Shown piece after piece: positions 19,095-27,819 of a stretch of DNA of 64,000 nt. The first letter of the stretch is position 1. Each line of letters starts with the position of its first letter. Source of the DNA: Oligoflexales bacterium (GTDB lineage: Bacteria; Bdellovibrionota_B; Oligoflexia; Oligoflexales; Bog-1112); NCBI GenBank assembly GCA_045105515.1, contig JBGCDR010000040.1, forward strand, positions 25,664 through 89,663. Reading direction: 5' to 3'. A program made the translations under genes and the position numbers. Under the pieces are notes generated by a model. It was given only the letters and a program-made list of their open reading frames with translations. It was not told the DNA's origin and did not search any database.

Positions 19095-19409
19095 AACTAA
19101 CCTCTTTGTTCAAATTATTATAAAGATTTGCAACGAAATTCCAAGAATGTTTTCCTAACTAGTTCCAAACCTCTTTTCTAGGTGATTTACAGTCTATCAT
19201 AAGATGTTTGCATTTTCTCTTAATCTTCAAACAAGCGCAAAGAACTCGAGCTCGAGAAACCCACCGAAACTTTTAAAAAGCCGATTTTTGCTCCTCTCAA
19301 TTCACAGAATTTCTAGCAAGTTCCTTTGAAAAAGGTAACGTGAAGGAAGGTCTTATTATAAATGTAAGATGCTAAACGGTTCTTTTTCTTAAATCAAGAT
19401 CTACTTCAT

Positions 19410-20936
19410 CTATCCAAGCTTTTGACTGAGCCCTTTGACTGCAAAGCACCATACCGCAAGCATAACTATAATCGTCATTGCCATATAAGGAGTTGCCGCA
19501 CTGATAGAGTTGCAAGTAAGAAGAAGCATCTGCACCAGAAGAGATCCAGCAGATTTACCTATTCTCGAACCAACTCCATCGATTGCCGCTTTACCGTAAC
19601 GTTTTTCTGTGGTTGAAAGAGGGATAAAGGCGATTTCTTTAGAGGTATCAAAGAGGGTATATTTACAGCCTCGAGAAAATATCATCTGCACGGAGCCAAA
19701 AAATAAAGATAAATTTACCGGATTACTCGTTAGGTTTAACAGTATATCGGGAGTCGAGGCTGTTTCTTGGTAGAGAAGAAGCCAAAAAAAACCAGCACAG
19801 GTAATCGAAATAGTCACTGGAGTCAGATAAGCAGCGTATTTCCATCCACATCTACGAAGCAAATTACCTGAGATAAATAAAGAAATAATCACTGAAAGGA
19901 TGCCTGTTAATGTCGTAATATGGCTTTTATAACGAGCCATCCCTGCTGCATCATCCAGATAAAGCATTTTCAACTGATTTTCCCAAAGCACATCTGAGAG
20001 GTTAAAAACCAAATTATAGCTCAATACCAACAAAGCGATATAAAGCAGATGTTTAGAGCCTCGTAAGCAATCCAGGCACTCTGACAAGGTAAGCTTAACC
20101 TTCTCATTTTTTTTAATCTTTTGGTCGGGAGTGTAAACGACCCCTTGCCAGTGCATATAGTAAAAAAGCAGCATAACCAAAAAGCCACATATTACAGCAG
20201 TTCCAAGATAAAACATCAAAGATTGTTCCCAAGCAGAGGAGCCAAAAGGTAGATCAGGATTGAAATTATGTCCTGCATAATAAGCTGAAGTTAGACCGGC
20301 AAAAATTGCTGCTGAGTTGGCACCGAGTAAAAATAAAGGGTAGAACCTTCCTGCCTGTTCTATACTTGTAATTTCGTTAGCAAAACCCCAAATAAGCATA
20401 GAAAGTAAAATTGTTCCCCATAATTCTGTAATTACATAAAAAACTGATAATGGCCAATGCCCGATCATACTCACAAAACCACCCGCTCCTTCGGGAAGAA
20501 TTTGCGTCAAAAACAGAGACAAGGAATCCAATTCAAGGCTAGACCGATTCGGATATATGAAGAAGATAAATACTAAATAGAATGCTATGAAAAAGCTCAG
20601 CATGAAGTAAAAAATTTTTTCTCTGTCAAAACGATGTGAAAGTCGCATCGCTAAGCCTGTAATCAAAAAAGCTCCGGGTATGACTGCCCAGACTTTTAAG
20701 AATGGAATGATCTCTGCTCCCACCTTGCTTTCTGCCACCACAATGGAAGATTTAATAATTCTCAGCATATCGTAAACATATGCTAGAAGAAAAAATATTA
20801 AGAAAGTTGGAACGAATTTATTCAGTTCATCCCCATGAACAGGCCAGACTATCGATTTGATTTTAGTCAATAAACCTTGCGAGTGATTTTCTGGATCTAG
20901 GCTGCGATCATTTACTGAATTTTTTAGAACATCCAT
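19410..20936 (-). CDS. TLC/NTT-family nucleotide transporter (Npt1/Npt2-like)
   Basis: About 12 TM segments. Motifs IPFLKVW, FYVITELWG, WGFANEIT..QAGRFYPLF, KYTLFDTSKEIAFIPL and GKAAIDGVGSRIGKSAGS. Confidence 0.93.
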   Translation of the reverse strand: MDVLKNSVNDRSLDPENHSQGLLTKIKSIVWPVHGDELNKFVPTFLIFFLLAYVYDMLRIIKSSIVVAESKVGAEIIPFLKVWAVIPGAFLITGLAMRLSHRFDREKIFYFMLSFFIAFYLVFIFFIYPNRSSLELDSLSLFLTQILPEGAGGFVSMIGHWPLSVFYVITELWGTILLSMLIWGFANEITSIEQAGRFYPLFLLGANSAAIFAGLTSAYYAGHNFNPDLPFGSSAWEQSLMFYLGTAVICGFLVMLLFYYMHWQGVVYTPDQKIKKNEKVKLTLSECLDCLRGSKHLLYIALLVLSYNLVFNLSDVLWENQLKMLYLDDAAGMARYKSHITTLTGILSVIISLFISGNLLRRCGWKYAAYLTPVTISITCAGFFWLLLYQETASTPDILLNLTSNPVNLSLFFGSVQMIFSRGCKYTLFDTSKEIAFIPLSTTEKRYGKAAIDGVGSRIGKSAGSLLVQMLLLTCNSISAATPYMAMTIIVMLAVWCFAVKGLSQKLG

Positions 20937-21330
20937 AAATTCTCAATAACTCACGTTTACCCAAGGAAACAGATAGGAAACCGCAATAGGACCTGTGTGA
21001 GAGATTCAACTGAAAAAACATCCAGTGTAATCCACACCAAATTATTGTGACCATTAGTGGTTCACGACATTGCAAGGCCTTATAGGGTACTTACATATGT
21101 CATGTAGTCTTTATTCAACCACCTTGCAAGTCTATATTTCGAAAATGCAATAATAACAGAATATTTTCTAAGCTTATTGACCTTTTCTCGAAGGCAGATG
21201 TATCAAAAGTTTTGACACTTGGAAGAGTAAATTTTATCGATTGTAGTACAAGAATTTTATACTTGTAAAGCAACAATAGCAAAGGAGCTGTTTAAGAAAC
21301 TACCCCTCAAGCTCCTTCAATACTAGAATA

Positions 21331-22422
21331 TTAAGGACAAGGGTTAGGTATCTCTTGATGGATAGAGTTGATGCTTTGTAGCAGCTCATCTGACATTTTC
21401 ACGTCAAGGCTCGCAATATCTATTTTTAGTTGCTCCATAGTCGTAGCCCCAATGATGACACTCGTCATAAAAGCCTGTTTCAGACAAAAAGCTATGGCCA
21501 TTTGCGAAGGATCAATTTTACAAAACTGGGCTAACTCTGCATAACGCTTAGTAGCCTTGACTCCATTCTCGTTTGAATATCGATTGAATCGTTCCCATTT
21601 TGTTACTCTGGCTCCATCAGGCTTCTTGCCACCTAAATACTTTCCTGATAGTACTCCAAAGGCAAGAGGTGAATATGCCAATAGTCCACAATTTTCTCGA
21701 CAAGAAACCTCTGCTAGGCCAATTTCATAAATACGATTAAGGAGATTATAAGGGTTTTGAATGCTTACAATTCTTGGCCAAGACCTTTCCTTTGCCAACT
21801 GTAAAAACTTCATAACTCCCCAGGGAGTTTCATTAGATAATCCTATGGATCTAATCTTACCTTTGCTAACAAAGTCATATAATACTTCTAAGGTGTCTTC
21901 AATCGGAACCATGGTTTCAGTTGAATCATGTTCGTATGATCGCTTACCAAAAAAATTAGTATTACGATCAGGCCAATGCAGTTGGTAGAGATCTAAATAA
22001 TCAGTTTGAAGACGTCTCAAACTTGAATCAAGGGCTTGTTCAATATTTTTCCGATCAAGACGCGGCTTACCATCTCTTACATAGGTAAATGTTGCCGATG
22101 GACCAACTACTTTACTTGCTAATATCAAACGGTCCCGATGCCCCCTGGAATTAAGCCATTTACCAAGGTACTCTTCTGTACGGCTGTAAGTCTCTTTTTT
22201 TGGTGGAACTGGATACATTTCTGCAGTATCGATGAAGTTTATTCCACGTTCAAAAGCATAGTCAAGCTGCTCAAAAGCTTCTTCCAAACTATTTTGTTCG
22301 CCAAAGGTCATTGTTCCTAAGCAAATAGAGCTAACTTCAATCCCCGAATCCCCAAGCTTCCTCATCTCCATCGTGATACTCCAGTACTTGCCAAAAAAGC
22401 GATCTATATGGGTCACAGGCAT
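21331..22422 (-). CDS. tas: NADP(H)-dependent aldo/keto reductase, Tas-like
   Basis: Motifs LGTMTFGEQN, FIDTAEMYPVPP, DLYQLHWPDR, GLSNETPWG, SIQNPYNLLNR and AYSPL. The likely start is 22371. Confidence 0.9.
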   Translation of the reverse strand: MPVTHIDRFFGKYWSITMEMRKLGDSGIEVSSICLGTMTFGEQNSLEEAFEQLDYAFERGINFIDTAEMYPVPPKKETYSRTEEYLGKWLNSRGHRDRLILASKVVGPSATFTYVRDGKPRLDRKNIEQALDSSLRRLQTDYLDLYQLHWPDRNTNFFGKRSYEHDSTETMVPIEDTLEVLYDFVSKGKIRSIGLSNETPWGVMKFLQLAKERSWPRIVSIQNPYNLLNRIYEIGLAEVSCRENCGLLAYSPLAFGVLSGKYLGGKKPDGARVTKWERFNRYSNENGVKATKRYAELAQFCKIDPSQMAIAFCLKQAFMTSVIIGATTMEQLKIDIASLDVKMSDELLQSINSIHQEIPNPCP

Positions 22423-22583
22423 ATGACCTCATTCCCTATCCATTCTTTTCCTTTAAGATAAGGAGCATAAGGAATTAGAGCAAGCCATTTTCCTGAACTC
22501 ATATAGGAAACCATTGCCGTTTACGACCCAAAAAATCATGGTAGACTAACAAATATAGTTAATCCCTTCACGAGGAAAACCCC

Positions 22584-24005
22584 TTGAAAGAGTATGACCT
22601 GGTTGTCATAGGGTCAGGCCCAGCTGGTGAAAAGGCTGCTGTAAAAGCTGCTTTTTTTGGATATAGGGTCGCTATCATTGAAAAAGAACGAAGCTTGGGG
22701 GGAGCTGGAGTCAATACTGGAACTCTTCCTTCCAAAACCCTCAAAGAAACTGCTCTTTACTACTCAGGGAAATACGATAAAGGCCTCTATGGAATCGATC
22801 GTGAGTTAAAGCATGGAGCATCTATAGATGAATTTATGTATCGTAAACAAATTGTTTGCACCTCAATGAATCAAGAAATTGCGAATAACCTCAAAAGGCA
22901 TAAAGTGGACATATATCACGGAATAGCCACTCTTGAGGATACTCACACGGTAAGGGTCACTGGAACAAAAGAATTATTGCTTAGAGGTCGGTTCATTATC
23001 ATTGCAACCGGTTCTTATCCTTACCAACCAGAGAACATTCCATTCGATGGAAACCGAGTTCATGACTCTGATAGCATCTTAACAATTGGAGAATTTCCAA
23101 AGACTCTTTGCATTGTCGGAGCTGGTGTTATTGGCTGCGAATACGCTACTATCTTCGCTGCCATGGGAGCACAAGTATTTTTAATAAATAACAAAAATAC
23201 GATCCTAAGCTTCTTAGATACAGAAATAAGCCAAGCATTGGTAAGAGAGATGCAAACAGATGGAATAGATATTTTGTTTGAGACAGAAGTGAAAGATGTC
23301 CGCGTGCCTTCTAATCAAACTGATGCTATCGATGTAGTTTTATCAAATGACTCTATTTTACATGTAGATATGTTTCTATATGCCGCAGGCAGAAGCGGCA
23401 ACACTAGAACCCTAAACTTAGAAAAGCTAGGCATAAAGACCGGAAAAAGGGAGACCATTCCAGTAAATGCCTGCTACCAGACTAATATAAGCTCGATTTA
23501 TGCCGTTGGAGACGTGGTAGGGTTTCCTGCATTAGCAAGTACCAGTATGGATCAAGGGAGAGTAGCTGTTTCTCACATGTTTCAAATCAAGGATCACGAC
23601 CGAATTGCCAAGATATTTCCCTATGGAATTTACACCATTCCTGAGGTGTCCATGGTGGGGCTAACAGAAGAGGCTGCAAAATCACAAAAGATCTCTTACG
23701 AGGTAGGGATTGCAAATTTTAGTTTTATGCCTAGGGGCAAAATCATGGGGATCAAGACTGGGTTTTTGAAACTCGTTTTTGAAAAAGATAGTCTGGTAAT
23801 CCTAGGGGTACACTGTATTGGCCCTTTAGCTACAGAACTAATTCATTTTGGCCTCAGTTTAGTTGAAAATAAAAAGAATCTCAATCAGGTTATATCTACA
23901 ATCTTTAACTACCCCACATTGCACGACCTATACAAATATGCTAGCTATAATGGTTTAGGAAAGATTCCTCAACACACCCAACATAATATTGCTCAAGAGA
24001 AATAA
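22584..24005 (+). CDS. sthA: Soluble pyridine nucleotide transhydrogenase
   Basis: Motifs GSGPAG, GTLPSKTL (no CxxxxC pair), GAGVIGCEYA, LASTSMDQGR, YGIYTIPEVS and FNYPTL. TTG start. Confidence 0.9.
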   Translation: MKEYDLVVIGSGPAGEKAAVKAAFFGYRVAIIEKERSLGGAGVNTGTLPSKTLKETALYYSGKYDKGLYGIDRELKHGASIDEFMYRKQIVCTSMNQEIANNLKRHKVDIYHGIATLEDTHTVRVTGTKELLLRGRFIIIATGSYPYQPENIPFDGNRVHDSDSILTIGEFPKTLCIVGAGVIGCEYATIFAAMGAQVFLINNKNTILSFLDTEISQALVREMQTDGIDILFETEVKDVRVPSNQTDAIDVVLSNDSILHVDMFLYAAGRSGNTRTLNLEKLGIKTGKRETIPVNACYQTNISSIYAVGDVVGFPALASTSMDQGRVAVSHMFQIKDHDRIAKIFPYGIYTIPEVSMVGLTEEAAKSQKISYEVGIANFSFMPRGKIMGIKTGFLKLVFEKDSLVILGVHCIGPLATELIHFGLSLVENKKNLNQVISTIFNYPTLHDLYKYASYNGLGKIPQHTQHNIAQEK

Positions 24006-24403
24006 TTGGTCCCATAAGTTTTATCAAGCTCTTGGCCAAGCTTTCTATCTACATATTTTGCTAACTCTGTGATAAGGTATTCAAATTCTTCGTCAGCGTC
24101 ATATACTATGCTATCAAAGTCAGAACTAGTAGGCTTCATTTCAATTGAGGAGTGAAAACTGCGAAAATCATTGATTTGGTTTTCGATTTGACTTTTGAGT
24201 TCAGGCTTATTAATGAGTGCTTTCTCGTAGAGAAAGTCTATTATGGCAATCTGATTTTTACGCATTTTTTGCCTTGCCTTTGCAGCACGAGAATCTTCTT
24301 TACGACTATAAAAGTACATCGCCAGCCCGAAAGAGATAACTAAAATGACTGATGTTACTAAATACAATTTTACTCTCTTTTTTTCACACACATGTATGAT
24401 CAC
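23993..24403 (-). CDS. Small single-TM hypothetical protein
   Basis: N-terminal TM helix (LYLVTSVILVISFGLAMYF) followed by a helical domain. Confidence 0.55.
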   Translation of the reverse strand: MIIHVCEKKRVKLYLVTSVILVISFGLAMYFYSRKEDSRAAKARQKMRKNQIAIIDFLYEKALINKPELKSQIENQINDFRSFHSSIEMKPTSSDFDSIVYDADEEFEYLITELAKYVDRKLGQELDKTYGTNYFS

Positions 24404-24991
24404 ATCTTATTTTATAGATCGCAAAGATATTTGTCCATGATCGAATTAAAAAGTAAAATGGGAACATTGGTGAATATGCTGGGGGCCATATTGGGTCACA
24501 TAAAAATTTTTCCTTTCTTATTAGCTATGAGCTCATATCTGATATTTCCTACTCCCATGAATGCTAAGACTACTTTTGGAGTAGAGTGCACCGATGTAGT
24601 GGGTTTTAGCTTAAGCATGCCACTAAGCAGAAAATCTTTCACTGAGTTTAACCTCGGTTGGAAGAACTTGCACAAGAATAAAAGCCTGCTACATAGCGGA
24701 TATTACTTGTTAAATGAACATCCTGATTTGATCAACAATAAATCCGAAAAAATGGAAATATACTATGGGGGCGGCTACAAATTAGTTATAAAAGAGAAAA
24801 AACTAGAAAATCCCGAGGATAGTGAAAAAAAGGAGATAAGCGAATCGTTTTATTTGCGAGCTCAAGCTGGTATTCGCTATCGCAATAAGCTATTTGAGCT
24901 TTTCTTCTCCATTCTGCCGGGCATTAAGCTTATTCCCGAACTTAGCTTGGATCTTTCTGTAACTCTTGGAATACGATACTATCTACCCTAG
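24392..24991 (+). CDS. Putative small outer-membrane beta-barrel protein
   Basis: Signal peptide ending PMNA, amphipathic beta strands (YYGGGY, FYLRAQAGIRYR) and a C-terminal LGIRYYL strand. The true start is probably downstream of 24392. Confidence 0.6.
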   Translation: MYDHILFYRSQRYLSMIELKSKMGTLVNMLGAILGHIKIFPFLLAMSSYLIFPTPMNAKTTFGVECTDVVGFSLSMPLSRKSFTEFNLGWKNLHKNKSLLHSGYYLLNEHPDLINNKSEKMEIYYGGGYKLVIKEKKLENPEDSEKKEISESFYLRAQAGIRYRNKLFELFFSILPGIKLIPELSLDLSVTLGIRYYLP

Positions 24992-25372
24992 CGTTTAAAT
25001 TTCCAAGTAATTTTATTCATATCGTAATTCCTTCTAGCAAATCCAAGCTTGCAAAATAGTTCAATTTGGTAATAACGAGGCGGAAAACGTGGCTCTGCTG
25101 CCTCACACCACAAGTTCCAAACTCTATTAGTATCACGCCACTTCACCTGCATTTGACAAACTAGGTTAAAAAAAAATCTCATTTTTTTGTGAAAACTTGG
25201 CCTTTCCCAAATTGTTACATAGCTCACTATGAGTATTACTTGGACTTTCTAGTATTTTATACCTAAGCACTAGCATTTTTTCGCAGATAGTTTGCCAACG
25301 ATAGGCAAAAAAACCAAGATGAAGCTGTACCATGAATAAAATTCCAAAGAACCATATTTGAAAACAATTCAT
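24988..25372 (-). pseudogene. Pilin-adjacent gene split by a frameshift at an A9 (T9 on the coding strand) tract
   Basis: ORF 25372-25166 stops inside the T9 run. Removing one T joins it to the frame of ORF 25227-24988, giving a 127-aa protein with an N-terminal TM. Confidence 0.55.
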
Positions 25373-25623
25373 GGTAAGTTCTCAAAAATACTAAACTCAA
25401 TTTCATCATGATCTATTGAAAATCTATCCATAATCCCCTCTACTTTTTGCTTAAAAATATGACCAGCAAAACTAAGTAATGCGACTCCTACCACAGTTGC
25501 AAAAGTGCTTACTAGAACATACTCAAGTGCAACACTTCCAGTTTCACTTTTAGCCTCATTAAAATTTATTAAAAGTTTATTTTTTTCTAAACAGCATTGC
25601 TTCAAACACAATATTTTTTTCAT
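25369..25623 (-). CDS. Flp/Fap-like (type IVb/IVc) prepilin
   Basis: Flp motif G|SVALEY (Glu+5, Tyr+6), then a hydrophobic helix. 84 aa. Confidence 0.72.
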   Translation of the reverse strand: MKKILCLKQCCLEKNKLLINFNEAKSETGSVALEYVLVSTFATVVGVALLSFAGHIFKQKVEGIMDRFSIDHDEIEFSIFENLP

Positions 25624-25785
25624 AGATTCCCCAAGCTATTTCCATATCATCTGGGTAAAATAGTCCTACAAGATATTTCTTGCCAGGGACATCTACTTTT
25701 AATGTTATTTTTATAAAGCTCTTTAATTTAATTACTTATCTTTCAATTTATTTTTTTTAAAAAAAAGTTACCTGTCTTCATTTTG

Positions 25786-25791
25786 TATAAT
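25786..25791 (+). promoter_or_regulatory. Candidate -10 element for the moxR operon
   Basis: Perfect TATAAT 44 bp upstream of the moxR ATG. No convincing -35. Confidence 0.3.
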
Positions 25792-25834
25792 GTAACTTAG
25801 CAAAGCCTATCCCACCTCGTGCCGGAGAAACTCA

Positions 25835-26887
25835 ATGAGTAAAACAGATTCAAGCCAGCTGGAGCTTAGCCTTGAGGAGGCTGGCGAAATGGTCATGTCT
25901 CTTAAAAGTTATATCGAATCCTATATTTTTGGCCAAGACAAGCTGGTGAAAGAAACTATCTGTACTTTCTTGTCCGGAGGGCACATTCTTTTAACTGGTG
26001 CCCCCGGTTTAGCGAAAACGACCTTAGTGAGAGTTTTTGCCCAGGGTCTAGGTCTCGAATTCGGTAGAGTTCAATTCACTCCAGACCTCTTACCATCGGA
26101 CATCATTGGCTCAGAAATCTTGAATATAGATCCAAGCTCGAACAAACGTGTATTTGAGTTTATGCAGGGGCCAGCCTTTGTGAATCTATTGTTAGCCGAT
26201 GAAATCAACAGAGCATCTCCGCGAACCCAGTCAGCAATGCTTGAAGCCATGCAAGAACGGCAGGTGACCATAGGTGGCAAAATCCACCCACTACCAAAAC
26301 CATTTATGGTATTTGCAACCCAGAACCCCTTTGAATCAGAAGGTACCTTCCCTTTGCCAGAAGCTCAGCTTGATCGATTCTTACTCCATTCTTTGGTTGA
26401 GTACCCAAATGAAGAATCAGAACTTAAGATCCTTGAGGAACACGCACGCAACCACTTGGTTGGGGAAACAGGGCTTGGTAAGGAAGAGAATTTTAAATTG
26501 AATCCAAGGGACATCGTGCCGCTAATAAATCGCAGTAAATCCTTGAACATACACAAAGACCTCCTCCAGCTGATCAATAACCTAATCCGCTCAAGCAGAC
26601 CTGAAGATTTACTTTGTCCACCTGATTTAAAACCACTAATTTGGTACGGTGCGGGTCCTAGGGCTGGTATAAGCTTAATCTCAGCTAGTAGAAGCCTTGC
26701 ACTTCTTGAACAAAAAGAACAAGTCCGTTGGCGTCATATAAAATCAATGGCAAAACCTGTCTTGCGACATCGGATTCGTCTCGCTTCTCAATCAATTGAA
26801 CAAGAAGCCAATGAAGATGCCATCATTGAGAAACTTCTTGAAATAGTAGAGGAGAAAAATACTAATATATGTGAAGGACACAGCTAA
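25835..26887 (+). CDS. moxR: MoxR-family AAA+ ATPase
   Basis: Walker A GAPGLAKT, RVQFTPDLLPSDI, Walker B LLADEINRA, ATQNPFESEGTFPLPEAQLDRF, and GAGPRA. Confidence 0.95.
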   Translation: MSKTDSSQLELSLEEAGEMVMSLKSYIESYIFGQDKLVKETICTFLSGGHILLTGAPGLAKTTLVRVFAQGLGLEFGRVQFTPDLLPSDIIGSEILNIDPSSNKRVFEFMQGPAFVNLLLADEINRASPRTQSAMLEAMQERQVTIGGKIHPLPKPFMVFATQNPFESEGTFPLPEAQLDRFLLHSLVEYPNEESELKILEEHARNHLVGETGLGKEENFKLNPRDIVPLINRSKSLNIHKDLLQLINNLIRSSRPEDLLCPPDLKPLIWYGAGPRAGISLISASRSLALLEQKEQVRWRHIKSMAKPVLRHRIRLASQSIEQEANEDAIIEKLLEIVEEKNTNICEGHS

Positions 26888-26889
26888 TC

Positions 26890-27807
26890 GTGCAATCAGG
26901 TCATCTCAGTCAAGCTCAACTTAGCAGCCTAAATCCGATGGATATCCGGGAACTAAGGAGCCAGTTTATTAAAACCAGTATGCAGATGCATGGAAGCCAA
27001 CTCATGGCTCTAAAACGGGCCAGCAAGTCTCCTGAGTATAGTAGACCTTACATCAGTGGTGATCCTATCAATTTGATAGATTGGAAAGCCTTTGCTAGGA
27101 CCGATTCCCTTATCGTCAGAGAAAAAAGAGACGAAGCGTCATCGAAGGTAGGCATTATTTGGGAATTAAGTCCCAGTATGAACTGGCCAAACGATGAGTA
27201 TTTAGCCAATAAAAATGAATGCCCAAGTAAATTTGAAATAGCCACCCGAATAGCCCTACATGTAAGCCATTTACACCTAAGACTTGGAGACCAAGCAATA
27301 TTATGGCTTTATCATCCAAACCAAACAGACAAAAACATGAGCTTTTCTCCAAGACAGGCTTCGGATCTCCTCAGTTTGTTCAATACACTTTTAAAACACA
27401 AGTTTAATCCACAAATATCGCTTCCATTTTTTACTAAAAAACCATTCCATCTGCCCAAAATGGACCGCTTATACTGGATTAGTGATGGACTAAACGAATT
27501 TAAACCAAAAAAGACATTCAAAAATGCCAAGCGTATCTGTTTTATGCATCTGTTGAGCTCACTAGAAGAAAACTTAGATTGGCTAAAAGATGACTGTTGT
27601 TATTTTGATCATACCAAAGAAAAAAATGAATTTTTAGGTAAAAACTTAAAAAAGGGCACATCATTTTACCAACAATTAAATAATTGGAAAAAACAATTAA
27701 AAGAACTCATCAATAGCGTTAACGGTCAATATATACCATTAACTGAAAAAACAGCATTAGCAACCTATTACCAGTTTATCGACTCATTGTTTGAAGATAA
27801 AAAATAA
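26890..27807 (+). CDS. DUF58-domain protein
   Basis: RPYISGDPINLIDWKAFAR...VRE motif; lies directly downstream of moxR. Confidence 0.85.
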   Translation: MQSGHLSQAQLSSLNPMDIRELRSQFIKTSMQMHGSQLMALKRASKSPEYSRPYISGDPINLIDWKAFARTDSLIVREKRDEASSKVGIIWELSPSMNWPNDEYLANKNECPSKFEIATRIALHVSHLHLRLGDQAILWLYHPNQTDKNMSFSPRQASDLLSLFNTLLKHKFNPQISLPFFTKKPFHLPKMDRLYWISDGLNEFKPKKTFKNAKRICFMHLLSSLEENLDWLKDDCCYFDHTKEKNEFLGKNLKKGTSFYQQLNNWKKQLKELINSVNGQYIPLTEKTALATYYQFIDSLFEDKK

Positions 27808-27819
27808 TTAGGTGGATAT

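Noticed and set aside
19245-19256. Perfect palindrome CTCGAGCTCGAG
   Set aside because: Single occurrence of a tandem hexamer with no supporting context.
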